DNA of 64,000 nucleotides from a virus. This document shows, one piece after another, positions 35,809 to 45,146 of this stretch (positions within the stretch are counted from its first letter, which is position 1; every line of letters starts with the position of its first letter). The translations under genes were made by a program, and so were the position numbers. Under the pieces are notes generated by a model, which made no database searches, was not told where the DNA came from, and was given only the letters and a program-made list of their open reading frames with translations. The stretch covers positions 32,001-96,000 of IMG/VR virus record IMGVR_UViG_3300005573_000057, one strand, 5' to 3'.

Positions 35809-37728
35809 TTAATTACTATACTTGGCCCGCAGGAAGAACTCGACCAGAATACGAGTTTGGCGCGGAGTGTAGTTCAACTTTTGCATCTGTGCGACAAAAT
35901 CGTTGTGCTTCTTGGTTTCTTCTTCTGTGCGCTTCGGGGTAAATGCGATCACCGGCAGAATATCCGCTGTACTTGCCAGGACATTCTTTTCGATGACCAG
36001 ACGCATCTTTTCAAAACCGTTCCATGCTGGCATCTTGCCTTTGTTTGCACCCTTGTAGCGAACGATGAACATTGCTACATCATTACGGAAATCCTTCGGG
36101 TTACTGATTCCGGCAGGCTTTTCCATCTTTTCGAGTTCGGCGTTCAACGCAGCACGATCCAACATCAGACCAGTATTCGAGTCACGGTACTCCTGATCAC
36201 TCACCCATGCGTCTGCATAGTAGAAGTATCTTTCAAACATATTCTGGCACAAATCTTGGAAGCTATTCAAGAATGAGGCACGAATATCCTTTTCCAGAAA
36301 CTCCATGTAATTTTCCATCAGAGTGCCATCAAGGATGGTCAAAAGTTCCTGTTCCTTTTCTTTTCCAAGCTGTTCTTCACTGATACTGCGCTTGAGGACG
36401 TACATCAAATGAATCGGGTTCGCCGCAATTTCCTCAGTATCATAGTTGAAAGTCTTGGACAGAATCTTAAAAGCAAACCGAGTGCTGATTCCGTTCATCC
36501 CTTCCTTAACCCCAGCAGCATCCTTGTATTCCTGCAAGGGCTTTGCTGTTGGATCTTCTTGTTTCAGATTTTCACCGTTGTAGACGCGCATCTTCACATA
36601 CAAAGGCGAATTTTCTGGTTTGACCAACCGACTCATGACCGCAAATTGCGCCATCGTTTCCAATGTTCCTGGAGCGCAAGGCGCAGTCGCCAAGGCGCTA
36701 TTTGACAGGAGTTTCTTGTAAATCTTGACTTCTTCGTCAACCCGAGTTACATAAGGAACCGACACAAGATAGACCCGATCCAAGAACGCTTCATTGGTCT
36801 TGTTATTACGAAAAGCTTCCCATTCACTTTCGTTGCTATGAGCAATAATAATGCCGTGGAAGGGCATATTACCAATGGCCTTAGTACCTGTATACATATG
36901 CTCTTGTGTGGCCGTGAGCAACGGATGGAGCATCTTGATTGGCGCTTTGAACATTTCCACAAACTCAAGCACACCGTTGTTTGCCCGATTCAAGCCGCCA
37001 CTAAAGTTGTAAGCATAGGGATGGTTTTGAGAATACTTGCCAACCATACGAATATCCAGTTCCCCAACCAGCGTGGAAATATCTTGGTTGTTTTCGTCAC
37101 CAGGTTCGACCCGAGCGATGCAGATTTGGTGAAGCCGACTTGGATAGACCTTGCGAACTTTGAACTGCGACAGATCCCCCTTGAATTCCTTGATCTTTTC
37201 AATTGCCCACGGACTCGGAACATTCTTGAAAAGCATAGCAGGAAGGCCAAAAATTTTAGATGCATCAGGTTGATTAAAGAACAACCCAAATGGAGTTTCA
37301 AAGACTGGAGACCCATCTAGGATATAAACAGGTTCCTTTTCGGCCAATTCTTTGATTTTCTCGGCCAATGTGCTCTTACTAGAGCCAACAGGCCCCAACA
37401 AGTACAGGATTTGCTTTGCTTCTTCAAGCCCCTGTGATGCATGTCGAAAATAGGCGACAATTTGGTCAATTGTATCTTCCATCCCATAGAAATCAGAAGA
37501 AAAGGATGGATAGACCCGAATGATTCGGTTTTGAAAAATGCGCGAAAGGTGAGGATCGTTTTTGGTATCCAAAAGTGTCGGTTCACCGATTGCTTTAAGA
37601 ATTCGTTCTGCTGGGGAAGCATACAAAGACGGATCTGAAACACACCGTTCCATAAAATCCTCAAGGCCAATGACTTCATCGTCAAACTGAGTTGAAAGTG
37701 CTTGTGTGAATGTATCGAGTTTACTCAT
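35809..37728 (-). CDS. prkA: PrkA/YeaG AAA+ serine kinase family protein
   Basis: FYGME, LLGPVGSSKS, EPGDENNQDISTLVG, EFVEMFKAPIK.LHPLLTATQE, NEAFLDR. Confidence 0.95.
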   Translation of the reverse strand: MSKLDTFTQALSTQFDDEVIGLEDFMERCVSDPSLYASPAERILKAIGEPTLLDTKNDPHLSRIFQNRIIRVYPSFSSDFYGMEDTIDQIVAYFRHASQGLEEAKQILYLLGPVGSSKSTLAEKIKELAEKEPVYILDGSPVFETPFGLFFNQPDASKIFGLPAMLFKNVPSPWAIEKIKEFKGDLSQFKVRKVYPSRLHQICIARVEPGDENNQDISTLVGELDIRMVGKYSQNHPYAYNFSGGLNRANNGVLEFVEMFKAPIKMLHPLLTATQEHMYTGTKAIGNMPFHGIIIAHSNESEWEAFRNNKTNEAFLDRVYLVSVPYVTRVDEEVKIYKKLLSNSALATAPCAPGTLETMAQFAVMSRLVKPENSPLYVKMRVYNGENLKQEDPTAKPLQEYKDAAGVKEGMNGISTRFAFKILSKTFNYDTEEIAANPIHLMYVLKRSISEEQLGKEKEQELLTILDGTLMENYMEFLEKDIRASFLNSFQDLCQNMFERYFYYADAWVSDQEYRDSNTGLMLDRAALNAELEKMEKPAGISNPKDFRNDVAMFIVRYKGANKGKMPAWNGFEKMRLVIEKNVLASTADILPVIAFTPKRTEEETKKHNDFVAQMQKLNYTPRQTRILVEFFLRAKYSN

Positions 37729-37769
37729 TGTTTTGCTCCATTACTAAGTCGGGGTGTGAACAAGTTAGT

Positions 37770-38351
37770 CTAGTGTTTGACGCCAGCAGCGATCATTAGT
37801 GCATCCAAAACAACATCATGAACAGGGTTTTGTTTCATAATGTCGTCAACATCCATATATTGAGGATCAATATCGGTAACTCCTTTTGGGACACTGTACA
37901 ACAAATTAACGGCAGTCCGAGTATCCATATAACGCCAAAACGGGATAAAATTACTCCCAACATCCTTACTCAATGATGCAGAAACGACCTGTGAAAGATG
38001 CCCACGAGTCCAAACAAAAAAGTCTTCATTAGGCAGCAATCGAGAATAGATGTAATCTTGAATTTCTCCAAGCGCAGCTTTACAAGTTGTTGGCTGGGGA
38101 TATTTTTTGGATTCCCCCAAACTAACTTCTTGCACTTCTTTTGGAAGGGTTTTCCAAAACTCAACCGTAGCAGGATCAATTACACGGTCTCCGACTTGCT
38201 CCGAAGTATCAAACTTCACAAGTAATGTGTCTTCGACCAACTCACTGAACAACTTTGGGGTTTCAACGTCAAACTCGACAATTGCAGCACTCACAACGAC
38301 CGAGCGTTCGGATAGCCCCAAAGTTTTGACATTATAAGAAAACATTTTCAT
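37770..38351 (-). CDS. DexA-like 3'-5' exonuclease homolog with degenerate catalytic residues
   Basis: xTLG...VVVSAA, VKFD..EQ, T..FW, VWTRG, DTRT, NPVHD..LDA; the ExoI motif reads NVKT instead of DxET. Confidence 0.7.
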   Translation of the reverse strand: MKMFSYNVKTLGLSERSVVVSAAIVEFDVETPKLFSELVEDTLLVKFDTSEQVGDRVIDPATVEFWKTLPKEVQEVSLGESKKYPQPTTCKAALGEIQDYIYSRLLPNEDFFVWTRGHLSQVVSASLSKDVGSNFIPFWRYMDTRTAVNLLYSVPKGVTDIDPQYMDVDDIMKQNPVHDVVLDALMIAAGVKH

Positions 38352-38614
38352 TTTATGATACCTTGCGTTTCGAACAAATGTTCAACATACAACGATGCAC
38401 CCTTTTCGTCATTCATATTAAAAAACCGAACCGAATAGGACTCGTCCATTTTATTAGTTTCATCAAAAGCAATAATACAAATGCTGTTCATTTCTTTGAT
38501 CAAACTAACACTAACACGGAGATTTCCGCGTTTATACGGCCCCAAACTTTGAATAACAAACGCGATCTTTTTTGGGTTTTCGTGTTGCATGTAAACATCA
38601 ATGTTTGTTTTCAT
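38348..38614 (-). CDS. Hypothetical protein
   Basis: ORF overlapping the regA end. Confidence 0.6.
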   Translation of the reverse strand: MKTNIDVYMQHENPKKIAFVIQSLGPYKRGNLRVSVSLIKEMNSICIIAFDETNKMDESYSVRFFNMNDEKGASLYVEHLFETQGIIK

Positions 38615-39050
38615 AATGTCGCGGTTTATCGCCCCCGATTTTGTACTTAGCAATGATGTTCCAGTCTTCCTTTTCTTCGTAGGACAACACAGTTAGACGA
38701 CTGAGTTCACGACGCATAATATCATCCGTGGCGCGAATGGCTGGATTCACGATCTTGATCAGTCCCCATTGCTCCAACAATGTTGCGATACAATTGCGAC
38801 GCTGTGCATCCCCAACAGTCATTGTTGTAGAGCGACCATCTAGGGCAAAAAGTTCTTTGAAGTGAACGATGTAGTATCGACCGCGCTTATGCAAAATGTG
38901 TGCAGTTTGCGTTAGCGATTTGTTCGCTTTACTGGCTATGCCGATGCGTGACAAAGTTTCCCGGACAGTCAAGAAACTGCCATCTGTCAAAAGCTTGACC
39001 TCCACCATGTCATCAGGTGTCCAATCAAATAAAAGTTCAGTAGTAATCAT
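38598..39050 (-). CDS. regA: Translational repressor
   Basis: FL.VRETLSRIGIAS, HILHKRGRYYIVHFKELFALDG, RRN.IA.LL.QWGL. Confidence 0.96.
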   Translation of the reverse strand: MITTELLFDWTPDDMVEVKLLTDGSFLTVRETLSRIGIASKANKSLTQTAHILHKRGRYYIVHFKELFALDGRSTTMTVGDAQRRNCIATLLEQWGLIKIVNPAIRATDDIMRRELSRLTVLSYEEKEDWNIIAKYKIGGDKPRHYENKH

Positions 39051-39053
39051 GAT

Positions 39054-39452
39054 TTATCCTCGTTTAGATTTCAAACCACCCATGTTTGTATAGGTATCTA
39101 CAATTTTCTTCATTTGCTCGTTAGTTAGCAAGCCCTCCACTTCTTGCGCCTTTTTGATACTCATTCCAAAAACCTTTGCTATCAGGCTGACATTTTCCGA
39201 AACCTTGTCCTTCTTACCCCACTCAATATACTTCTTCGCTGTTTTCGGCATCGCATGTCGGTAAAACATGAACTGATCATGCTTTGACAGCGTTGAGTGC
39301 CGATTCATAGATTCAGCATAAAACAGGCAATCCCTACGTTGCGAAAGTGCTCGGTTGACAAGGAACGGATTGTACGCCGCTTCTAACTCGTCAGACCATT
39401 CGACGTTCTTTGTTAGAATATCGCTGATCAAGCCAAAAATGTCAAGCGCCAT
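39054..39452 (-). CDS. gp62: Clamp loader small subunit
   Basis: YNPFLVNRALS...YAESMN...QF.FY; between gp44 and regA. Confidence 0.88.
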   Translation of the reverse strand: MALDIFGLISDILTKNVEWSDELEAAYNPFLVNRALSQRRDCLFYAESMNRHSTLSKHDQFMFYRHAMPKTAKKYIEWGKKDKVSENVSLIAKVFGMSIKKAQEVEGLLTNEQMKKIVDTYTNMGGLKSKRG

Positions 39453-39846
39453 TTTTATCTGTCCCAGACAAAACAACCACCAAGCCAACATCGTGTCGCA
39501 AGTAAACACACAATGCTTCCCTGACCTTTTGACCGGCAGCATTCACTGCCAACTCCATCGGTTCCATGATACTAGAAGGAGTAGAATACAAAGAATGAAC
39601 AAAAGTTCCGGTTTCCTTGTCACGAACAATATTCAAAATTTCAGTGACCCCATCGTGTTGTGTCTCCACAGTTTCAGTTTCGGCAAACCACATTGCCATC
39701 CCATTCACGAATTTGACTTTGACTTGTCGATCCTCATAAATGCTCAACGTAACTTCCTTCTGCCTGTTGAAATACCTGACAACACCAGCCATCACAAACA
39801 TCAAAAAAATAGAATAAACAAGATATGAAACGATAATTTCAAACAT
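39442..39846 (-). CDS. Hypothetical protein with N-terminal membrane anchor
   Basis: Hydrophobic N-terminus; inserted between gp44 and gp62. Confidence 0.6.
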   Translation of the reverse strand: MFEIIVSYLVYSIFLMFVMAGVVRYFNRQKEVTLSIYEDRQVKVKFVNGMAMWFAETETVETQHDGVTEILNIVRDKETGTFVHSLYSTPSSIMEPMELAVNAAGQKVREALCVYLRHDVGLVVVLSGTDKNGA

Positions 39847-39855
39847 TTTTCTTCC

Positions 39856-40815
39856 TTAAAATTTAACTACGCCCATGATTTCAGTCAAACATGCTGTTGT
39901 ACAAATTTCTTGATCGGCACTGAACGAAGACTTAAACTGATAGTCGGCAAGAAGCAAAATTATATCAGGCAAACATTCAGGACGAACAGTATCTTGCAAA
40001 ATCTTGTAAAACTGCGTATAGAGTGATGATACATCAATATCTGAGTTTCGCCCAACCCATTTACGCATGCTAGAGAAATTTTTATCACGCAATGCGGTCA
40101 GTAGATCATCAAAAACTCCAATATCGTTATCATTCAAAACACTCGAATCAATCGTATTGTCGGTAGCATGACGTTGCAACGAGTTCAGAGTGCGCCTAAA
40201 ATCTGGAAAGTTCTTCGAAATGAGAGCAGCCAGAGACTTTTTATCGTAGGTCGTAACTCCTTCCTGATGTAGAATCTCCATACTACGAACCATCATTTCC
40301 TTTGCTAACACAGCCTTTTCGTTGCTTGGAATCTTAAAGTCAACGACAGTGCAACGACTGTGAATCGCTTCCGAAATCATGCTCTTGAAATTGCATGTAA
40401 AGATAAACCGAGCATTCGAACTAAATTCTTCCAAAGAACCATTCAAGGCTTTTTGCGCTGCTTGTGAAATGTGATCCGATTCATCCAAAATCACAATCTT
40501 TTTTGAATCTGTCAAACTAACCGTTGAGCAAAACTGTCTAATCTGATTCCGTATCATGTCAATGCCGTTTTCTTCGGCAGCTTTGACAAACAACACATCA
40601 GCACCAATTTCACTGGCAAGCGCCCGCGCAACTGTAGTCTTTCCACTTCCGGGAGGGCCAGCTAGAAGGAAATGAGGAATTTCACCCTTATCGACATATC
40701 CTTGAAAGAGTGCCTTCAAATTTTCGGGGATGATACACTCAGAAATCGTTTTGGGCCTATACTTCTGTGCCCACAAAAATTCGTCTGGGTTGATCGAAAT
40801 TGTTACATCTGTCAT
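39856..40815 (-). CDS. gp44: Clamp loader large subunit
   Basis: LWAQKYRP, GPPGSGKTT, LDESD, HSRC, FPDFRR. Confidence 0.95.
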   Translation of the reverse strand: MTDVTISINPDEFLWAQKYRPKTISECIIPENLKALFQGYVDKGEIPHFLLAGPPGSGKTTVARALASEIGADVLFVKAAEENGIDMIRNQIRQFCSTVSLTDSKKIVILDESDHISQAAQKALNGSLEEFSSNARFIFTCNFKSMISEAIHSRCTVVDFKIPSNEKAVLAKEMMVRSMEILHQEGVTTYDKKSLAALISKNFPDFRRTLNSLQRHATDNTIDSSVLNDNDIGVFDDLLTALRDKNFSSMRKWVGRNSDIDVSSLYTQFYKILQDTVRPECLPDIILLLADYQFKSSFSADQEICTTACLTEIMGVVKF

Positions 40816-40836
40816 GATTTATCCTTGTCGCATTTT

Positions 40837-41443
40837 TTAACATGCCGCCCTCCATAAAGGAGGATAATTCCTACTGTTCTGCGCACGAATCGCTTCAAGC
40901 GTAGTCACTTCGACGAGTTCATCAGTTCAAAGACGATAGATGATCTAGGGCAGCATCAAGCGTCGGGAAGACTCGTTCGCAGCACTGGCGAACCATTTCG
41001 AAGTAGCGCTTCACCGAGGGGTTCTCGACCTGATCAACCAAGAAGATTTGTTTACCCAAGGCTTTTGCAAATCCGATTTCCAACGCCAGCGCATAGCCGC
41101 CCGGATTCGAAGCCTCCATGTTGGCCAAAACAATGTCGGAATGGCGAACCGCCTCTAAGTCCCAACGTGTGTATTCGGCGGGGTCTTGAATGTTGTGTGT
41201 GCTCGGGTCAAGCAGCTCAAACGATCCGCCGAATCTGGCGGCAACTTGAGATTGCCAGTTGGATTTGAACCCACCGGCTAGGTACATCTTTTTAAGGGGT
41301 GTGGGGAGTTTTTTTAACATTGGTGTCCTTCTTAACTGTTTTCATTGCTTTATTATACTCGGTCTATGATTCAAAAGCAACAACAGATTTATCTTTTGCC
41401 CTATCCTTCCTTACCCCAAACTGCGGGGTCTGTAGCTCAATTG
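40837..41443 (-). mobile_element. Degenerate IS605 (TnpB-family) shell carrying a cargo gene
   Basis: 41347-41440 aligns with the tnpB left end and promoter (ctttattatact.ggtctatg.ttcaaaagcaacaacagattt); 40837-40920 aligns with the right end / omegaRNA tail. Confidence 0.78.
40922..41320 (-). CDS. Nucleoside 2-deoxyribosyltransferase-like protein
   Basis: YLAGG...W, DP, WDLEAV..SDIV, NPGG...LEIGFA.ALGK. Confidence 0.78.
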   Translation of the reverse strand: MLKKLPTPLKKMYLAGGFKSNWQSQVAARFGGSFELLDPSTHNIQDPAEYTRWDLEAVRHSDIVLANMEASNPGGYALALEIGFAKALGKQIFLVDQVENPSVKRYFEMVRQCCERVFPTLDAALDHLSSLN

Positions 41444-41450
41444 GTCAATG

Positions 41451-41951
41451 TCAATCAGAAATTGGTCTGAAAAACACATGATCACCAATAACCGCCGTTC
41501 TCTCCATTTTACCACTCCACGATGGATTGACTTGTTTCGTATGATAGAACAGTGCTCCACGTGTAGGATCTTCCACGGAATGCGACAATACCATACGCGC
41601 AGCGTTGAATGCCGATTCCCATGCACCAACATAAGTAGACGGAATATAAAGATGTTGGAACCAACCCCGTTTAACAGGCTGTAAGAGCCACGAAAATTGG
41701 TAGGGTGACTCAACTACCTTGCAAACACTATCGGGGAACCTAGCGTTGTTTACGCGGTTTAGGACGACCCAACCAACCGCTATTTGACCTTCCAATGGTT
41801 GACTAGTCGCTTCAAACATGATGTTATAGGCCATGCAAATTTCCTCTTTCAGAGAAACAATCGGATGCGGAATATAACCAGCATCCGAAATAGTGTGCAG
41901 AGGGATCATCACCATGAACACGACTAACACCAGTCTAATCACCGCCCGCAT
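41451..41951 (-). CDS. Cell wall hydrolase (SleB/Hydrolase_2)
   Basis: CMAYNIMFEA, GQIAV..VVLNRV...FPDSVC.VV..QFSW, DPTRGALFYH, IGDHVF. Confidence 0.92.
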   Translation of the reverse strand: MRAVIRLVLVVFMVMIPLHTISDAGYIPHPIVSLKEEICMAYNIMFEATSQPLEGQIAVGWVVLNRVNNARFPDSVCKVVESPYQFSWLLQPVKRGWFQHLYIPSTYVGAWESAFNAARMVLSHSVEDPTRGALFYHTKQVNPSWSGKMERTAVIGDHVFFRPISD

Positions 41952-42454
41952 CAGTGGACAGTCCTCGATTCGAGCGAATCAACAGTCACTTGGCCTTTAT
42001 TTGCAGATTCCTTCAAAGATGTATGAAAATCTTCCACTGTTGAATATTGAACCACATTCAAAGGATTAACTTCATCGCTTTCCCCTTGTTCGACCGCACC
42101 AGATTCACGTTCATCGTTGACGGTTTTTGAAAACTCAGACACCGCCAAAGCAACCCACTTCATTGCGGCATGGGCCGATTCTTTGTCTACCTCAAGAACG
42201 CTTTCAATATCGCCCAAGATGTTGTTCGCAATTTGTGCGTATCGACTATACAAAACCATCGAATCAACTTGTGAACGACCCGCTGTAACTAGACCTGAGA
42301 TAAGCTCCAACGAGTAGACAAGTTTGGCTATTAGACCAGCCGCCTTACCGTACTTTCCCACAAGTTCCGAAAAAGCAATTCCAACTGCATTTTCGACTTT
42401 CACATCATTAGAACCATTACCATTGCCATTGCCATGCCCAGAAAGATCGCTCAT
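41951..42454 (-). CDS. Hypothetical protein
   Basis: AAGGAG ribosome-binding site; coupled to the hydrolase gene. Confidence 0.7.
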   Translation of the reverse strand: MSDLSGHGNGNGNGSNDVKVENAVGIAFSELVGKYGKAAGLIAKLVYSLELISGLVTAGRSQVDSMVLYSRYAQIANNILGDIESVLEVDKESAHAAMKWVALAVSEFSKTVNDERESGAVEQGESDEVNPLNVVQYSTVEDFHTSLKESANKGQVTVDSLESRTVH

Positions 42455-43042
42455 GATTTAACTCCTTGGTTATTTAACGAAACTCACTTTTGTCCTTCAC
42501 CAGAAGAACTCAAGTCTACAAAACTTATGGGATTTGTCTATGTCATTGCCCATAATGAAACTAAAAAATCATACATCGGCAAAAAAACTTTTTGGTCACA
42601 CAGAAAGCTCAAACCATCTGACAAACGCAGAACAACAGTCGAAAGCGATTGGAGAACTTACTGCGGGAGCAACAAGGAACTTCAAGCACTGTTCAAAAAG
42701 AATCCATCACACTTCACCCGCACAATCCTTTACTTATGCAATACCAAATATGGAATGTCCTATAACGAAGATCGGCTACTATATGCCTACAATGTCCTTG
42801 AAAACCCCGATCTTTTTTACAACGACAATATAGCAGGAAAATACTTCATTGGCAAGTTTGACCAGTGGTATCGCCCTGCTGGATACGGAGTCTTTCCAGA
42901 GCATCTTCAAACGCAATCGGTGTATAATCCGTATGTTCAACCGATACACACAAATATCGGGGGTCAACCGATCCATCAGGCAACAACACTCGACGCGAAT
43001 GCAAATGACCATGCACATTCCCTACACACCACGTTGCAATAG
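42434..43042 (+). CDS. GIY-YIG-type endonuclease
   Basis: GFVY.I......YIGKK.FW...ESDWRTYCGS, FTRTIL.LC, FYNDNI. Confidence 0.8.
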   Translation: MPRKIAHDLTPWLFNETHFCPSPEELKSTKLMGFVYVIAHNETKKSYIGKKTFWSHRKLKPSDKRRTTVESDWRTYCGSNKELQALFKKNPSHFTRTILYLCNTKYGMSYNEDRLLYAYNVLENPDLFYNDNIAGKYFIGKFDQWYRPAGYGVFPEHLQTQSVYNPYVQPIHTNIGGQPIHQATTLDANANDHAHSLHTTLQ

Positions 43043-43400
43043 ACGTTGGATGAATAGGGATATGACTCAGAAGCGCATTCCCAAGCTTATGAGATCCACG
43101 AATATCATAGAAATATTTCAAATAGTCTGCCACTCCATAAATGTCGTGGTTCCCCTTGACCAAAATCTTCTTGCCGTTCATCCTACCAAACGCCTCAAGT
43201 CCTTTTTTGGTCATTGATACATCACCCAACACATAAACTTTATCGTATTGCTTTACCACGGCATTCCAACGCTCAATCATGTCCGATTCCATATCGGACA
43301 AATTTGTCCACGGACGAATCAATGCATCGTTGTCATCACGAAAAGTCACGATGCGTGGATGCCCAAAATGTAGATCGGCAGTAAGAAAACAGTTACTCAT
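42846..43400 (-). CDS. Metallophosphoesterase
   Basis: ADLHFGH, LGDV, GNHD, SHIPIH, HGHLH. Confidence 0.9.
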   Translation of the reverse strand: MSNCFLTADLHFGHPRIVTFRDDNDALIRPWTNLSDMESDMIERWNAVVKQYDKVYVLGDVSMTKKGLEAFGRMNGKKILVKGNHDIYGVADYLKYFYDIRGSHKLGNALLSHIPIHPTSIATWCVGNVHGHLHSRRVLLPDGSVDPRYLCVSVEHTDYTPIAFEDALERLRIQQGDTTGQTCQ

Positions 43401-43457
43401 GATTTTTTTCTATTCCTTATTTTGATCGAATTCAACCGCTACGTTTTCACTGCGGAT

Positions 43458-43625
43458 CTACAAATACAGGGCGAGCAAAACCCCAATGGCAGCGCCGAAA
43501 GCCACCGTCAAGACGAAAGCTAGTGCTCGGCTTTCCCGTTTTGCGGGTTTGTAGGTTTGTGTGTACTTGGTGCGCTTGGCACCTCGTGTCAGTTCTCGGT
43601 TCGCATTATATTCGGATTCGCGCAT
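43458..43625 (-). CDS. Small protein with C-terminal transmembrane segment
   Basis: AAGGAG ribosome-binding site. Confidence 0.6.
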   Translation of the reverse strand: MRESEYNANRELTRGAKRTKYTQTYKPAKRESRALAFVLTVAFGAAIGVLLALYL

Positions 43626-43635
43626 GTTTAGCTCC

Positions 43636-43965
43636 TTAAAATTGTTGATAGAGAAACGTGTCACCTTTAGACCAAACAATAGTGGTGTTGTCGTTAAGAA
43701 ATTCCTCTACTAGATCACATTTATCGGAATTATCCTCGCAGCCCGAAACGTCAAGTCCGTAGTAATAGAGGAATTCATCGACAGTTGATTCCGCATAGTT
43801 GCAGCAGATTGTAGGTATGTCCAGTTCAATTTTTTCTCCGGTATCTTCTTCATATTGTTCAAAATAATCGAATAGCGCTTCAAGGGCTTCGTTGCTAAAT
43901 TGATCTTCGCAACCATGACGCCGGATGGCATCGCAAAACTCCGAAAACGTGATGCGTAGATACAT
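43636..43965 (-). CDS. Hypothetical acidic early protein
   Basis: FSNEALEALFDY..ELD...ICC.Y.E phage motif. Confidence 0.7.
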   Translation of the reverse strand: MYLRITFSEFCDAIRRHGCEDQFSNEALEALFDYFEQYEEDTGEKIELDIPTICCNYAESTVDEFLYYYGLDVSGCEDNSDKCDLVEEFLNDNTTIVWSKGDTFLYQQF

Positions 43966-44009
43966 GATTTACTCTCTTTCTCTTAGCTTCATCGCACTAT
44001 TGCGATAAG

Positions 44010-44067
44010 TGAACTATAGCAGATCAATTCGCGCTATAGTCATTGGTTAACAGACTTTTACATCTTT
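44010..44067 (-). repeat. Dispersed promoter-associated repeat, copy 1 (copy 2 at 49989-50046)
   Basis: tgaactatagcaga...gttaacagactttt(t)acatcttt shared by both copies. Confidence 0.75.
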
Positions 44068-44074
44068 ACCTATG

Positions 44075-44416
44075 TTAGCCATTCTGCTGCGCACTCTTTA
44101 CGCCATCTTCAAACGCTCGGGTAATAAGTTCCTCAAGTTCATTTTCTGACAAAAATGCCATCCTCGTCACAAGTTTTACCTTTGACAAACCATAGACATA
44201 TGAATCGGATTCATCGAGCTTTTTGATATTAACCATTTCGTTAATATAGTTAAGGTTCTTCAATTGGTTAAACAGCATTTCAAGCCCTTGCTCTTGTAAA
44301 GCTTCTTTACCAAGAGGGGATGCCGGATCGCCGGGTGGAAAAATCGGCTTACTTTCAAAATGTTCCAGCAAAAGCGCCTTTTCATCGTTGATGCGCGTTT
44401 TCAAAATCTTGTTCAT
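44075..44416 (-). CDS. Hypothetical protein behind a cassette promoter (MNKILKTR...)
   Basis: Preceded by gataaggagttggtcATGAACAAG. Confidence 0.7.
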   Translation of the reverse strand: MNKILKTRINDEKALLLEHFESKPIFPPGDPASPLGKEALQEQGLEMLFNQLKNLNYINEMVNIKKLDESDSYVYGLSKVKLVTRMAFLSENELEELITRAFEDGVKSAQQNG

Positions 44417-44488
44417 GACCAACTCCTTATCAATGTTTACAACTTAATTGTAGATGATCCCTAGCAAAAGTCAAGAAGAAATTTCTCG
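44417..44488 (-). promoter_or_regulatory. Cassette promoter/leader repeat copy 5
   Basis: Reverse complement: gaaatttcttcTTGACTtttgctagggatcatcTACAATtaagttgtaaacattgataaggagttggtc. Confidence 0.85.
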
Positions 44489-45001
44489 ATTCCCCGAAAT
44501 CAAATAGTCCCCATAGACTTTAGCATTTCCGTAGACCCGAGCATTCCCAGAGACACGAGCATTCCGAAAAACATGAGCATTTTCGTAGACCCGAGCATGC
44601 CCATAGAGTTGAGCATTCCCACAAACACGAGAATTCCCATACACCAGAGCATTCTCGACAACCTGGGAGTTCTCGAAGATCCACGCATTACCATAGACCA
44701 TAGCCTTTCCAGAAACCCATGAATTTTCAAAGACCATACTATTCTGGAAGACTTGAGCATCCCCGAAGACCAAAGCATTCCCGAATACCTTAGCATCATC
44801 AAAGACCCGAGCATTTCCGAAAACTAGTGCAGTCCCGTAGACCCAGCAGTTTCCCTCTTGACTCAAATTCTGTTCGGATTCGAGATAGCCGCCTATGTTT
44901 CCTGCGCGAAAATCGCCAAAATCGCGCAAAGCGCGGATACGGTAAAGAGTGCGGCCAGAAAATTCGATAGATTCATTTTTCAACAGTTCATACTTGTTCA
45001 T
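44471..45001 (-). CDS. Hexapeptide-repeat protein, paralog 6
   Basis: MNKYELL head; EISS end; an IscB-family fragment abuts the start codon. Confidence 0.88.
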   Translation of the reverse strand: MNKYELLKNESIEFSGRTLYRIRALRDFGDFRAGNIGGYLESEQNLSQEGNCWVYGTALVFGNARVFDDAKVFGNALVFGDAQVFQNSMVFENSWVSGKAMVYGNAWIFENSQVVENALVYGNSRVCGNAQLYGHARVYENAHVFRNARVSGNARVYGNAKVYGDYLISGNREISS

Positions 45002-45146
45002 CGGTTTGCGCGTGAAACCTCGGCATTTATACCGAGTAGGTATAAAGCAGAACGAGAAGCGTTCTATGCTTTGTGGCGTACCCAAATCACTCTCCATTTT
45101 TGCCACAGTTAAAAGGTGGGGGATTTCGCCCCGCTGGGGCGAGGCG
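45002..45146 (-). mobile_element. 3' part of an IscB-family mini-element (omegaRNA lost)
   Basis: Aligns with 32337-32487, including the mini-element-specific junction ccccgctggg. Confidence 0.85.

Noticed and set aside
41424-41500. tRNA-like start GGGTCTGTAGCTCAATTGGT
   Set aside because: No anticodon arm, T-arm (GTTC) or acceptor complement follows; the segment aligns with the degenerate IS605 left end (ggggtctgtcgcccaa at 30487-30503).
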